A stretch of DNA of 64,000 nucleotides from an uncultured Clostridia bacterium. GTDB lineage: Bacteria; Bacillota; Clostridia; Christensenellales; UBA1242. Below, piece by piece: positions 9,545-20,700 of this stretch. The notes below the pieces were generated by a model. That model saw nothing but the letters and a program-made list of their open reading frames with translations. It was not told the origin of the DNA and did not search any database. Numbering within the stretch: the first letter of the stretch is position 1; every line of letters starts with the position of its first letter. The DNA is taken from assembly GCA_947627545.1 (NCBI GenBank), contig CANQWK010000007.1, positions 668 through 64,667 on the forward strand, written 5' to 3'. The translations under genes and the position numbers were made by a program.

Positions 9545-9911
9545 AATATCTCCTTTTTTAGTTTAACATATCAATCAAAATTTGTAAAATCAATTTAACA
9601 TATTTTTTATTTTTTGTTTTTAATGCGATATATTAACGACTATAACTTTTTAATAATTACAAAATTTAATTATTAAATTTCTTGATTTTAATTCAGTAAA
9701 ACTAATTAAATTAAAGTGCTAAAATTTTGGAAGAAATATCATTATTTTCATTTTAAAAATATAAGAATTTTGTAAAATTTTTAATCATTTTGCCATAACA
9801 GTTAAAAATTCTTATTGTTGGCAATATTTTAAAATAAATTTACTTTTTATTATAGATAATCAATCAATTTATTCAAATAAAAACATTTTTCAATTTAGCC
9901 GTTAAAATTAA

Positions 9912-9940
9912 TTGTTATTATTTTTTAAATGTGATATAAT
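9912..9940 (+). promoter_or_regulatory. Extended -10 promoter for ftsH
   Basis: TTGTTA (9912-9917), 17-nt spacer containing TGa, TATAAT (9935-9940). SD gaggtg precedes the ATG at 9960. Confidence 0.6.
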
Positions 9941-9959
9941 ATCAACTACGAGGTGAATA

Positions 9960-12362
9960 ATGGATAAAAAACAAAAAAGTAGCCCATGGAAATCGGCAAT
10001 TATCTGGATTGCAATTTTTGCAATTGTTTTACTTTTAATTTATTGGGCAACTTCTAACAATAATTCTGGCGAAAAGATTAGCTACACTGAATTTCAAACC
10101 TTGGTAAAAGAAAATAAGGTTGAAGAAATTGATGTATATGGTTACACTATTCGCATTAGGTTGGTAAATGGCGTTAAGGAAGATGATTTTCCTTCTAAAA
10201 CAGACGCATATTGCACATTTATGAGCGTTAACGAATTGCAAGAATTTATTTCTAACCATAACGAAGAAATAACTAAAGACGAAAACCATGTTACTGAATT
10301 AGAAGAAAATGGCGACGTTAAAACTGATGAAGACGGCAACATTGTTTATAAAACCGATAAATTTGGCAATCGCATTTTAAAAGACGGCTTAATTGTTGTT
10401 AAGGCAAGTTATTCTTACGAGCGAGAATCTTGGCTTTCTAATTTGTTACCTTACATTAGCGTTGGCGTTATAATTATTATTGGCATTGTAATGTTTAAGG
10501 CAATGGCAGGCAACAAAAACGGCTTTGGCTTTGGCAGGTCTAAGGCGAGATTGGTTGTCTCTTCTAATGTTAAATTTAGCGATGTTGCTGGTGCAGACGA
10601 AGAGAAGCAGGAACTTAAAGAAATTGTAGAATTTTTAAAAAATCCAACTAGATTTACTGAATTAGGAGCAAGAATTCCTAAGGGAGTTTTGCTTGTTGGC
10701 CCTCCAGGAACGGGTAAAACTTTGCTTGCAAAAGCGGTTGCTGGCGAAAGTAAAGTTCCATTTTTCAGCATTTCTGGTAGTGATTTTGTTGAATTGTATG
10801 TAGGCGTTGGTGCAAGCCGCGTTAGAGATTTATTTGAAAGTGCAAAAGCAAATAGTCCGTGCATTGTGTTTATAGATGAAATTGATGCAGTAGGTAGGCA
10901 ACGTGGCGCTGGTATGGGTGGCGGAAACGATGAACGCGAACAAACTTTAAACCAATTGCTAGTTGAAATGGACGGCTTTGAAACCAACAGCGGAATAATT
11001 GTGCTTGCAGCAACAAACAGAGCAGATATTCTTGACCCTGCACTTACTCGACCAGGTCGTTTCGATAGGCAAATTTATGTACATCTTCCAGATGTTAAAG
11101 GCAGAGAAGAAATTATTAAAGTTCATGCTAAAAACAAACCAATGAGCGATGATGTTGACTTTAAACGCATTGCAAGGCTAACAAGTGGCCTAGCCGGTGC
11201 AGATATTGAAAATGTGCTTAATGAAGCGGCACTATTAACGGCAAGAGATGGAAGATATAAAATTACAATGATAGATATTCAAGAAGGCTTAAACAAGGTG
11301 CTTATGGGGCCTAAAAAAGTATCTAGGTTAATTACCGAACAAGATAGAAAAATTACAGCTATTCACGAAGCTGGTCATGCAATAGTGGCACAAACTCTTC
11401 CTAATTGCGATAATGTTCATGAAATTTCAGTAATTCCTCGCGGTGGGGCAGGTGGTTACACATTAACTTTCGATGAAAAAGATAGAACTTATATGACCAA
11501 GCAAAAATTAGAAGATACTTTAGTTATGATGCTAGGCGGTAGGTCTAGTGAAGAAATTATGCTTGATGACATAACCACAGGAGCCTCTAACGACATTGAG
11601 CGTGCAACCGATTTAGCACGTAAAATGGTTGCCGAATGGGGAATGAGTGAAAAATTTGGAGTTATAAGCTTTGGCGAAGGTGGACAAATTTTTGTAGGCA
11701 GAGATTATCAACGTCAAATTGCGTACAGCCAAGAAATTGCACGAGAAATCGATTTAGAAGTGCGTAAAATTATAGAAAAGGCACATTCAAGGGCTAAGGA
11801 AATTATTGAAAGCAAAAAAGATGTTATTTTAAAAGTTGAAAAAATTCTTTTAGATAAAGAAACAATTTATAAAGAAGAATTTGAGATGTTATACAACGGA
11901 GCAACTGTTGAAGAGGTTGAGGCCGCAATAGATAAAAAGGAACAAGAAAAGCGAGAATATCAAGAAAAAGCAAAAAATCAGGCTTTGGAAGAACGCAAAA
12001 TTAGAGATATAAAATTAAGGTTGGAAACAGCCGAAGCGTACGCAAAAGCAGGTGTAATTTCTAAACAAGTTTACGATAACATTAAGCAAGAAGCGGAAAA
12101 AGAACTAGAAGCAATTAAGTTAAACAGCCAAAAAACCGAAAATTCAAATGAACCTTCTAGTGAAAATGAAACAAATTTAAGTGGCGAAAAAGAAACAAAA
12201 TCAAATAATGAAAATGCAACAAAAACCGATTTGGAAAACACTCAAATAGATAAAAACTTGCCAAACGAAAGCAATAAGGCTAAAACTGAAACGGAAAAAA
12301 ATGGCAATAGTTCAAAATCTAAAAAGGGCAGTGCCGATAAAGGCGATAAAAATAATAAATAA
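9960..12362 (+). CDS. ftsH: ATP-dependent zinc metalloprotease FtsH, with an enlarged extracytoplasmic loop and a long K/E/N-rich C-terminal tail
   Basis: Walker A GPPGTGKT, Walker [13 protein letters not shown] region and HEAGHAIV zinc motif. It is 800 aa, against about 640 aa for a typical FtsH. Confidence 0.95.
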   Translation: MDKKQKSSPWKSAIIWIAIFAIVLLLIYWATSNNNSGEKISYTEFQTLVKENKVEEIDVYGYTIRIRLVNGVKEDDFPSKTDAYCTFMSVNELQEFISNHNEEITKDENHVTELEENGDVKTDEDGNIVYKTDKFGNRILKDGLIVVKASYSYERESWLSNLLPYISVGVIIIIGIVMFKAMAGNKNGFGFGRSKARLVVSSNVKFSDVAGADEEKQELKEIVEFLKNPTRFTELGARIPKGVLLVGPPGTGKTLLAKAVAGESKVPFFSISGSDFVELYVGVGASRVRDLFESAKANSPCIVFIDEIDAVGRQRGAGMGGGNDEREQTLNQLLVEMDGFETNSGIIVLAATNRADILDPALTRPGRFDRQIYVHLPDVKGREEIIKVHAKNKPMSDDVDFKRIARLTSGLAGADIENVLNEAALLTARDGRYKITMIDIQEGLNKVLMGPKKVSRLITEQDRKITAIHEAGHAIVAQTLPNCDNVHEISVIPRGGAGGYTLTFDEKDRTYMTKQKLEDTLVMMLGGRSSEEIMLDDITTGASNDIERATDLARKMVAEWGMSEKFGVISFGEGGQIFVGRDYQRQIAYSQEIAREIDLEVRKIIEKAHSRAKEIIESKKDVILKVEKILLDKETIYKEEFEMLYNGATVEEVEAAIDKKEQEKREYQEKAKNQALEERKIRDIKLRLETAEAYAKAGVISKQVYDNIKQEAEKELEAIKLNSQKTENSNEPSSENETNLSGEKETKSNNENATKTDLENTQIDKNLPNESNKAKTETEKNGNSSKSKKGSADKGDKNNK

Positions 12363-12411
12363 TAGTTGATTTAATTTATTATTTGTGATATACTAAAACA
12401 AGGAGAAAATT

Positions 12412-12972
12412 ATGGCTAAAAAAATAACAGCAATTGTAAGTTTGTCAATTATAGCGTTTATTATAATTGCAACAATAATTATGGCAAATGTTAAGGTGGA
12501 TTACGGCATTAAGTGTGCAACACCTAATGAAATTCACATCAGTTCGTCTTTAGATACTTTCGACCCTGCAGATGAACAAACAAAGTCTAAAATAGTTAGT
12601 ATAATTAACAAGGCAAGTAAAGAGTCTAGCCTTAACGCTTTGTTTAATGGCGGATTGTTTGCTCATGCTAAGGTTAATAGCGATACCGATAATGGCACAA
12701 CAACTATAAAAACTTCGTCTAACAGTGTGTATGTAAATTATGTTTATAGCACTCCACAAGTTTTAAAACAAGGCAACAAAAATTATAAAGACGATAACGG
12801 AAACAATTATTTATACAAAGAATTGTGCTTTGAAGTTAAAAACACCGATGGTGTTGAAGAAATTAAAGTGTATATTATTCCAGATTCACATGATTTTAAA
12901 AGATATTCATTATATTATACTTTGTCTGGGGATTTCAGCGAATTGTATAGTTATATAACTTCAATAATTTAA
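12412..12972 (+). CDS. Hypothetical N-terminally membrane-anchored protein (186 aa)
   Basis: SD aaggag 7 nt upstream of the ATG; one N-terminal TM helix (ITAIVSLSIIAFIIIATIIMA); followed by a strong terminator. I recognised no motif. Confidence 0.6.
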   Translation: MAKKITAIVSLSIIAFIIIATIIMANVKVDYGIKCATPNEIHISSSLDTFDPADEQTKSKIVSIINKASKESSLNALFNGGLFAHAKVNSDTDNGTTTIKTSSNSVYVNYVYSTPQVLKQGNKNYKDDNGNNYLYKELCFEVKNTDGVEEIKVYIIPDSHDFKRYSLYYTLSGDFSELYSYITSII

Positions 12973-12983
12973 ATTAATAAAAC

Positions 12984-13008
12984 AAAAAACGCCAATTGGC
13001 GTTTTTTT
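12984..13008 (+). terminator. Rho-independent terminator
   Basis: aaaaaacgccaa/ttggcgttttttt, a perfect stem with a T7 run. Confidence 0.85.
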
Positions 13009-13141
13009 ATAAGCTTTTATAAGGTGTTACGTGTTGTTATATGTTGTTGTGTGTTTTTATAAGCTGTTATAAGTTTTATATGTAGTTTAGGTTAATTTGT
13101 TTGTTTTTTAAACAATAAAATAAAAAAAGTGGCAATAGCCA

Positions 13142-13372
13142 CTATTTTTTGTTGATTTTTTTTATGTAATTAACAATATCTTCTACGGTTTTCATTTTAG
13201 CAACATCTTCGTCTGGAAGAGTAACGCCAAATTCGTCTTCAAATGTCATAACCAATTCTACAACATCAAGACTATCCGCTCCTAAATCCTCAACCAAATT
13301 GGTTTTAAGGGTTATTTGTTCTTTTTTCTTGCCAAGTTTTTCCGCAATTAAATTGATAATTTTTTGTTCCAT
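13142..13372 (-). CDS. acpP: Acyl carrier protein
   Basis: 76 aa; the LGADSLDVVELVM phosphopantetheine attachment motif (DSL) is in the canonical position. Confidence 0.92.
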   Translation of the reverse strand: MEQKIINLIAEKLGKKKEQITLKTNLVEDLGADSLDVVELVMTFEDEFGVTLPDEDVAKMKTVEDIVNYIKKINKK

Positions 13373-13547
13373 AAAACCTCCATTATTATTGTACTAAATT
13401 TGTTTTAATTTGTAAAGTAAAAATTAACAGATAATGAATTTTTAATTTCAACATTTTTACGGAATTTTAAACAAATATCACTTAAAAATTACAAAAGACA
13501 AAAAATTTTTTTAATAAATTTAAAATTATTGATATTAAAATTTATAT

Positions 13548-14474
13548 ATGCAAATAATTAAAGATAATTTTTTATTAAATTTAAAAAATATAATTAACAA
13601 AAATGCAAAATTTCAAAAAGTTATGCTTTTTTTTGATAAAACAGTTTCAAATTTAAACATTTCTAAAATTTATCAGGAAATAAAAGAAATTTGCGTGTTT
13701 AACAAAATGGAAATGGAAAATTTAAACCAGCAAGAAATTTATAATGGTTATAAACTTGCTATTTTTTGTTGTTCGGCAAATAGTTTTAAAAATTTAAATC
13801 TTAACTTAAGTGAGTTTATAAACATTTTTATTCCAACCGATTGTGGAATTATGCCATTTTTTTTAAACGAAAATTTTATTTTATGTAACAACAATAATTA
13901 TTTGTTTTTAACAACAAATCAAGTTGATGTTAATGTTTTGTTTTCAATTTATTTTAATAAATTTTACAATTACTTAAAAGATATAATGTTTAAGCAGGAG
14001 AGCAATATTTCTTTTGATTTTAACATATCGCAAATTACACAATTAAAAATTTTAGAGATGTTGCAACAAGAAAACGAATTAGAATTTATAGATGTTAAAT
14101 TTTTAAACAAATTTAAAATGGACTATAACAATTTGCCCTTAATAGATTTTTTGTTGTTAAATGCGTTTTGTGTTTTAATAAACAGTTTGCATGAAAACAA
14201 TGTTTGTTTGGTTGATATATATAAATCAATGAAAGATGAGTATAAACAAATAGATAAATATTATGCACTTGCCAACAATTGTGTTTTTAACCAAATTGTA
14301 AACTTAAATTTTTTGTGTTTAAAAGATGTGTTAAATTTTAGCATAAACAAACTTAAAGAATTTTCATTTGCAATAAAATTAGATAATAATGTGGTAAAAA
14401 ATTTAAAAGAATTTTGTAAAAATGAAGATAATTTATTAAATTATTTATATTTATACAATATTTTTGGCGAATAA
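13548..14474 (+). CDS. Hypothetical protein (308 aa), extremely AT-rich coding sequence
   Basis: A 308-codon open frame in sequence with about 10-20% G+C (hand count of three 60-nt lines). Stop codons should be very frequent by chance at this composition. There is no clear SD, so the start is uncertain. Confidence 0.5.
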   Translation: MQIIKDNFLLNLKNIINKNAKFQKVMLFFDKTVSNLNISKIYQEIKEICVFNKMEMENLNQQEIYNGYKLAIFCCSANSFKNLNLNLSEFINIFIPTDCGIMPFFLNENFILCNNNNYLFLTTNQVDVNVLFSIYFNKFYNYLKDIMFKQESNISFDFNISQITQLKILEMLQQENELEFIDVKFLNKFKMDYNNLPLIDFLLLNAFCVLINSLHENNVCLVDIYKSMKDEYKQIDKYYALANNCVFNQIVNLNFLCLKDVLNFSINKLKEFSFAIKLDNNVVKNLKEFCKNEDNLLNYLYLYNIFGE

Positions 14475-14521
14475 TTTGTTTTTTAGGTTTAAATTAAAAA
14501 TTTTGGCAATATATATTTTTA

Positions 14522-14944
14522 ATGAAAAAATTATTGATTGCCATTGTGCTTATGTGTATTTTAATTAGTTCAAATGTAAAAACAGATTTTAGTTTGTTAA
14601 ATTATTTTAGTGGGGAATATTATGCCTACACTAACAGGCAAGTATCTACAAGCAGCGTAAATTTAGGCAGTTGCTACATGAACAACTTTAAATTAAAAAA
14701 TAGTTCAATTGTAATTGGCGAAAGCATAAAGGTTGAAAATTTAGAAGTTGGTGCGGTTTTAAAAAGCCTTAATGCCAAAGTTATAAAAACCGAATATCTT
14801 GAAAGCGGTGCGGTGGTTATTTACGCATATAGCCCTAAAATAAGCAAAAGTGTTATGGTAAATTCAAATAAAGTTAATTTGCAAATTGCCAATTATGATG
14901 AATATTCTATTGTTGGCTGGCCATTAATTTTAGGAAGTTTTTAA
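14522..14944 (+). CDS. Hypothetical exported protein (140 aa)
   Basis: N-terminal signal-like segment MKKLLIAIVLMCILISS; lies directly upstream of the M23 peptidase gene. Confidence 0.5.
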   Translation: MKKLLIAIVLMCILISSNVKTDFSLLNYFSGEYYAYTNRQVSTSSVNLGSCYMNNFKLKNSSIVIGESIKVENLEVGAVLKSLNAKVIKTEYLESGAVVIYAYSPKISKSVMVNSNKVNLQIANYDEYSIVGWPLILGSF

Positions 14945-14996
14945 ATTTTTGTTTAAATAAAAAAAATTGGTCTAACATTGCAATAGGAGGCAATAA

Positions 14997-15614
14997 ATGA
15001 CCAAAAATCAAAATCAATCACAAAAGAAAAAAACAATAATCACTTGTATTTATGCAACAATTATAGGATTACTTATTCTTGCCTGTGCAATTGTTATTGC
15101 AACGGTAACAACAAAATCTAAATCCGGGCCAAAACTTGAATCTGGAAATGTGGGTGGCGGAAACGATGAACAAATTGTTGATGTATCTACCACTCCAAGT
15201 TGGGTTTTGCCTATGGACAATGCAACCATTGTTAAAGATTATTCTGGCACAAAATTACAATATAACGATTCGCTAAAACAATGGGAAATTCATAAAGCAA
15301 TAGATTTTGTTGCAAATGATAGCACAAATGTTTATGCAATAAGCGATGGCGTTGTAACAAAAATTAGCACCGATTATTTGCTAGGTACAGTGATTGAAAT
15401 TGCTCATTCTAATGGGCTTGTGTCTAAATATATGTCTTTGGCAAAAGAAGTGAATGTTGCAGAAAAGCAAAAAGTAACTGCCAAAACCTTAATTGGACAA
15501 GCTAGCAACAGCATGACAAGAGAATTAAATTCAGGCGTTCATTTGCATTTAGAATTGAGTTTAAACGGCGTTTTGGTTGACCCTAACAATTATTTATCTC
15601 TTGGTAATAAATAG
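14997..15614 (+). CDS. Membrane-anchored M23 family metallopeptidase
   Basis: HxxxD motif (HKAIDF) and HxH motif (VHLHLEL); N-terminal TM anchor; SD aggagg. Confidence 0.85.
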   Translation: MTKNQNQSQKKKTIITCIYATIIGLLILACAIVIATVTTKSKSGPKLESGNVGGGNDEQIVDVSTTPSWVLPMDNATIVKDYSGTKLQYNDSLKQWEIHKAIDFVANDSTNVYAISDGVVTKISTDYLLGTVIEIAHSNGLVSKYMSLAKEVNVAEKQKVTAKTLIGQASNSMTRELNSGVHLHLELSLNGVLVDPNNYLSLGNK

Positions 15615-15640
15615 AAATAACAAACTAAAACCCTTAACAA

Positions 15641-15667
15641 AAAAACCGCTTTAAAGCGGTTTTTTTA
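15641..15667. terminator. Bidirectional hairpin terminator between convergent genes
   Basis: aaaaaccgc-tttaaa-gcggttttttt, flanked by A-run and T-run. Confidence 0.8.
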
Positions 15668-15732
15668 ATGCTTGTTTAGATTTAATATTTTTTTAATTTA
15701 GTTTTTAAACATTTTAATTAAATAAATGTTTT

Positions 15733-17664
15733 TTATAAACTTGTTTTTGTGGCTTTAATTCGGCTAGCATATTTAACAACTTTGTAAGAATTTTTTGCAA
15801 GATTTGCAATTTCAGTTTCATATTTAGAATAGTTAGTGTTTGAAGTAAAGTTATTGCTGCCTGCTGGGTAAACTTTATCAAACAACATGTCAAAATATGT
15901 TTTGTTGGTTAATGGGCTAATTTTTTTAGTGTATAAATTTAAGCCTATTAAATCATTTTCTCTATTTACGCCTTCAATATAAACACTGTTTCTATCGGCA
16001 TAATTAATATCGTTGCCATAAACAGGGCCAACATAGTAAACAATGTGAACGCCATAACTTGTTATGCAAAAATCTTCAACTGGACTGTTAACATTTATTG
16101 TGCTTATGCGGTTTGGAGTGTTTAGTTCTTGATTGGTTTCATTTGTCATTAATTTTATACATTCTTCGGTAAAGGCTTCTTCCATGCCACTGTTGGCAGA
16201 AAAATCTTCATCTTCTTTATGAGAGCCAACAACATAAGGTGTGCCGCTTGATAATGAGCCAGGGTCTTGGCTATATTTAAACATAAAATTAACAAATTCT
16301 TCGGCATTAGGATTGTTGCATAAATCTTTATACTGACTGCCATTTAAAACATCTTTTAAAGTAAGTTCTTTTTCAACATTGCCAGAAACAACATCTCGTT
16401 GTTCAACTTTTGTGTTTAAAATTAATTCTAAATATTTTGCTGGGTCAGTTTCTTTATATTTGTCTAATTCAGTTTTTTGTTCATCGCTGAACTTAAACAA
16501 AGTGTGTAAGAAATAACCAAATTTAGTGTCGTCATCTATATAAGGGTGATACAAAATGCTGTCGCCATTAGTAGATAAATTTTTCATTGCTGATTTGTAA
16601 CTATCAATAGAATTTGTATATTCCGCATAGTTGTTTTCAATAATTTCTTTAAAAGCAAGCATCAATTCGTTAATATCCAAATTTTCATGCGCTAAGTAAT
16701 ATTCTTGCAAATTGGTTAAGTAGCGAGATTGAATTTGAGATTTTAATGTGCGTTCAAAATATCTAGTTAATAATCCGTCTGTATCTTTGATGTAAGGTTT
16801 GCCTTTTGCATCTCGCAAATAATATTCATAATTAATTAAATTTTGGCTTAGTTGTTTTAAAATGAAATTCTTAATTGCAGTGGCATTTTCTTTTTCACTT
16901 TCTTGCAAATCTTTTTCCAAATGTGCCAAATATTTTGTTTTAACGTTGTTTACTAAGTCTGCAAAACTATAATTTTCCAAATAATTTACTGTAACAAATT
17001 TTTCGTCTAAATATTCTTCGTATAAGCCGAAGTTAGCATCTCCAAACACGGGTTCGTCTTCACTAATATATGCAATTTTATATTGTTTTATTGTTTTAAA
17101 ATATTCAGTTTCAGTTTTAGAAATTTCTGTTAAACTTTCATTGGTGTAATAAACCACTTTTTCGCCATCTTCTACAAGTTTTGCACGTTTTTTAAATTGA
17201 TAATCTTCAATGCGGTTTAAAGTGGTTTCTTCTTCGTTGGCATCTTCTTCGCTTTCTGTTTCAATTTTAATGTTTAAATTGCGTTTTGCATCTTCAATTA
17301 AATCTTTAACTTCGCCATCTAAAGAATCAAAAATTGATACAGCAATTTCTTTAATTTGATAACCTGTTGGACAATATAAATTTTCTTCATTATTTTTTGC
17401 ATATTGATAAATTGCTGAACGGTCAATTAACATGTCTAGCGTGCTTTCTAAGGCAGAAGAATTATCTCCTGATTGAGTAAATACGTCTTGACCATAATTG
17501 TTATAAGCGTTTAAAAGGTCAAATCTGGTGATGGTTTCATCACCAACCTTGGCTAGAATTTCGTTGTAATATTTAACTCTGTTTACAGAAAAACCTGCAC
17601 AACCAGACAAAATGCAGGTAAGGGCAATTAACATACATATAATTAAACAAGATAATTTTTTCAC
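15733..17664 (-). CDS. Large PrsA/SurA-like lipoprotein (parvulin-type foldase-like)
   Basis: Lipobox ILSGC after a signal peptide; SurA_N-like KVGDETITRFDLLNAY; C-terminal SYGVHIVYY resembles the parvulin core. I prefer the GTG at 17664 (SD ggagag 4 nt upstream) over the track's TTG at 17694. Confidence 0.6.
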   Translation of the reverse strand: MKKLSCLIICMLIALTCILSGCAGFSVNRVKYYNEILAKVGDETITRFDLLNAYNNYGQDVFTQSGDNSSALESTLDMLIDRSAIYQYAKNNEENLYCPTGYQIKEIAVSIFDSLDGEVKDLIEDAKRNLNIKIETESEEDANEEETTLNRIEDYQFKKRAKLVEDGEKVVYYTNESLTEISKTETEYFKTIKQYKIAYISEDEPVFGDANFGLYEEYLDEKFVTVNYLENYSFADLVNNVKTKYLAHLEKDLQESEKENATAIKNFILKQLSQNLINYEYYLRDAKGKPYIKDTDGLLTRYFERTLKSQIQSRYLTNLQEYYLAHENLDINELMLAFKEIIENNYAEYTNSIDSYKSAMKNLSTNGDSILYHPYIDDDTKFGYFLHTLFKFSDEQKTELDKYKETDPAKYLELILNTKVEQRDVVSGNVEKELTLKDVLNGSQYKDLCNNPNAEEFVNFMFKYSQDPGSLSSGTPYVVGSHKEDEDFSANSGMEEAFTEECIKLMTNETNQELNTPNRISTINVNSPVEDFCITSYGVHIVYYVGPVYGNDINYADRNSVYIEGVNRENDLIGLNLYTKKISPLTNKTYFDMLFDKVYPAGSNNFTSNTNYSKYETEIANLAKNSYKVVKYASRIKATKTSL

Positions 17665-17775
17665 GTTACTCTCCAAATAAGCATTATTTTGCAATTTTTA
17701 TTTCGAATTTGCAAAAATCTTATAATAATACTTGACTATTATACAATAAAATATAAGAAAAATCAAGAGATTTAG

Positions 17776-20700
17776 CTAATTTGACGCCAAAAACTCAGTT
17801 AAATAATTTACAGCAGTTAACACGCTAAAATTTGCTGGATTTAGCGCAATTGTTGGTAGATTTGCTTGTTCAAATTTAATGTGTTTAAATTTGTTTACCT
17901 TAATTAAAAGTAAATCCATATTAACATCGGCATAAAAGGTTATATACATTTTGTGGCTGGTTATTGTTATGTTTTTAACCTTCTGTTTAACGCCTAACGC
18001 TTTAATTATTGCGATGTTAGTTAAATTGTAAATTTCGTTTGGAAGTTTACCAAAGGTTTTTGTTAATTCGCTTATAACTTGTTTTGCAGTTGCTTGGTCG
18101 CTTATTCCGGCAATTTTTGCAACAATTTTTAAGCGTTCTGCTTCTTCTGGTACAAAATTATATGGAATTTTGCTTGTAAGTGCTATGTCAATTTTAATTT
18201 CTCGCTCAATGTCCACATTTTCGCCAGATAAACGCTTTATTGTTTCGTTTAGCAAACGAGTGTACATGTCATAACCAATTTTTACAAGATGCCCATGCTG
18301 AACTTTACCTAAAATTTCGCCTGCACCTCTAATTTGTAAATCGCGCATTGCAATTTTAAAGCCGCTGCCTAGTTCGGTGTTTTCGGCAAGTGCTTGAAGG
18401 CGGTTTGATGAGTCCTCGCTAAGCACTTTGTTGCTAGGATAAGTAAAGTAAGCATAAGCTTGCTCATTGCTTCTGCCAACGCGTCCGCGCAACTGATACA
18501 TTTGGCTTAAACCTAAGTTATTGCTTTCAATTACAATTAATGTGTTGGCTTTTGGCAGGTCAACTCCGTTTTCTATAAGTGTGGTGGAAACAAACACATT
18601 TGTTTTGTTTTCATATAACCGCTTTATTGCGTTTTCTAAACTTAGCCCTGTCATTTGCCCATGTGCAACATCAAAATGAGCGTTGGGGTTATTTACGGCT
18701 CTTTCTAACCTAGACGCAAAGGCGTATATTTTTTCAATGCTGTTGTAAACTACCAAAATTTGACCGCCTCGCTTAAGTTCGTCATTGATTGCGTTGGCAA
18801 TAATTTCTTCGTTAAACTCTAACACATATGTTTTAATAGGAAGCCTATTTGTTGGCGGAGTGTTAATTATGCTAATATCTCGAATGTTCATAAGCGACAT
18901 ACTTAGTGTGCGCGGAATAGGGGTGGCGGAAAGGGTAAGCACGTCAATGTTGTTTTTTATTTGTTTAATTTGCTCTTTGGCTTTTACGCCGAAACGCTGT
19001 TCTTCATCTAAAATTAGCAGACCTAAATCTTTAAATTTAACATCACTGCTTAGCAGACGGTGAGTGCCACATATAACATTTATTTTGCCATCGGATAAGT
19101 CAGTTAAAATTTGCTGTTGCTCTTTTGCCGATTTAAACCTGTTTAGCATTTCAACATTAACTTTAAAATTTTGTGTACGCTTTTTTGCCGTTTCATAATG
19201 TTGCATAGAAAGAATGGTAGTTGGTGCTAAAATTGCAACTTGCTTGCCGTCTAACACTGCCTTAAACATTGCACGCATTGCAACTTCCGTTTTGCCAAAA
19301 CCAACATCTCCACAAATAAGCCTATCCATAACTTTGCCTGAAATCATATCTCGCTTTACATCGGCAATTGCTTGAAGTTGGTCGGGCGTTTCTTCATATT
19401 CAAAGGCATTTTCAAATTCCATATAAAGATAATCGTCCTCGCTATATTTAAAACCTTTACTTGCCTTGCGTTTTGCGTAAAGTTCAATAAGTTCTTTACT
19501 CATGTTTTCAATTGCTTTGGTTGCTTTTAACTTTTGCATTGCAAATTCTTTGCCACCAAGTTTGTTAAGTTTAACATTGTTGTCATCAGCCATATAAAGA
19601 GAAAGCGAATCGGCGGCCTCGCATGGAACGTAAAGTATGTCGCCTTTTAAATATGAAATTTTAAAAAATTCCTTTTCCACGCCCTGCACGGTCATAGAAA
19701 CAACACCTTCACATTTGCCTATTCCGTGAACGTTATGAACAACATATTCGCCTGCTTTTGGCAAATATTTTATTTGAGTTTTAACTTGTTGCTTAACTTC
19801 TTTTTTATGAGCAAAATTGGTTGAACCAATGTAAAATTTTTCGTCTTCTTTAAAACAGATGTTATAAGGAAATTTTAAATCGGTTAAAATAATGCCTTTT
19901 GAATTTTTGTTTTGGCTATAAGGAATGTTTAATTGATTAAAAATTTTAGCAATTGCATTTATTGTGTTTAAATTGTTAAGGCATAAATAAATTTGCTTTG
20001 TTGGAAATTTTAACAATTCAGTTTTTAATGAGTCAAGATTATTTAAAAAGTTAGAAAATTTTACACTTAAAAAATCTATGCTTTCAACTTGACAATTTAA
20101 CTTACTTTTTAAATCGGTTAAATTTAAATTAAAATTATCTAAAAAAATTAAATTTTTTGCAAAATTTGATAAAAAATCGTTAAAATTATAGTAATTTTTG
20201 CTGTTTTTAAAAATTTTTATTATTTTTTCATCTTTAAATGTGGAAGAAATTTTATCATTTATTGCCTCAAAAAGTTTGTCAATTTTAGGCATACATTCAA
20301 TTGCCGAAGAAAACACAATTGGTAAATTAAGTTCAGCAATACTTGTCAATTTACAAAATGGAGCAACAAATTCAAGTGGGATTTCTTCTTCTCGTTCAAG
20401 AACAGCAATTAGGTCTAAAAAAATATTATTTTCGGTTTTAAATTTTAATAGTTCCGCTATTAGTTTTTCGTTTTCAGGCTTGGCTAAATTTAAAAGTTTA
20501 TTTGGAGCAATGCAAATAGAATTAAATTCTTGTTGTTTTTCAAATGTAAGCAGTTCAAAACTAAAAATTTTTTCAATTGTTGTGTCAAAAAAATCTAATC
20601 TAGTTGGAGTTTCATCAATTGTGTTAAAAATATCTAAAATGTCCCCTCGCCTGCAAAATTCACCTTTTGCTGTAACGTTTTCCACCTTTTTGTAACCTAA

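Noticed and set aside
10451-10987. Long antisense or alternative-frame track ORFs nested in large genes: 10451..10987 in ftsH, 18785..19063 and 20198..20695 in mfd, 44704..45165 in the ABC ATPase, 53219..53644 in the lipoprotein gene, 61152..61571 in the nuclease gene, 62009..62296 in hsdM, 63545..63874 in hsdS, and many 60-110-aa ORFs inside the giant genes.
   Set aside because: All lie wholly within, or opposite, genes with strong motif support. They lack SD sites and have low-complexity, compositionally mirrored products, so they are shadow ORFs.
13003-13074. Direct repeat TTTTTATAAGCTnTTATAAG (13003-13023 and 13054-13074) flanking a TG-rich stretch between two terminators.
   Set aside because: It is short, lies in a convergent terminator spacer, and has no ORF, SD or stable structure. 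It is probably slippage debris, and I could not attach a function.
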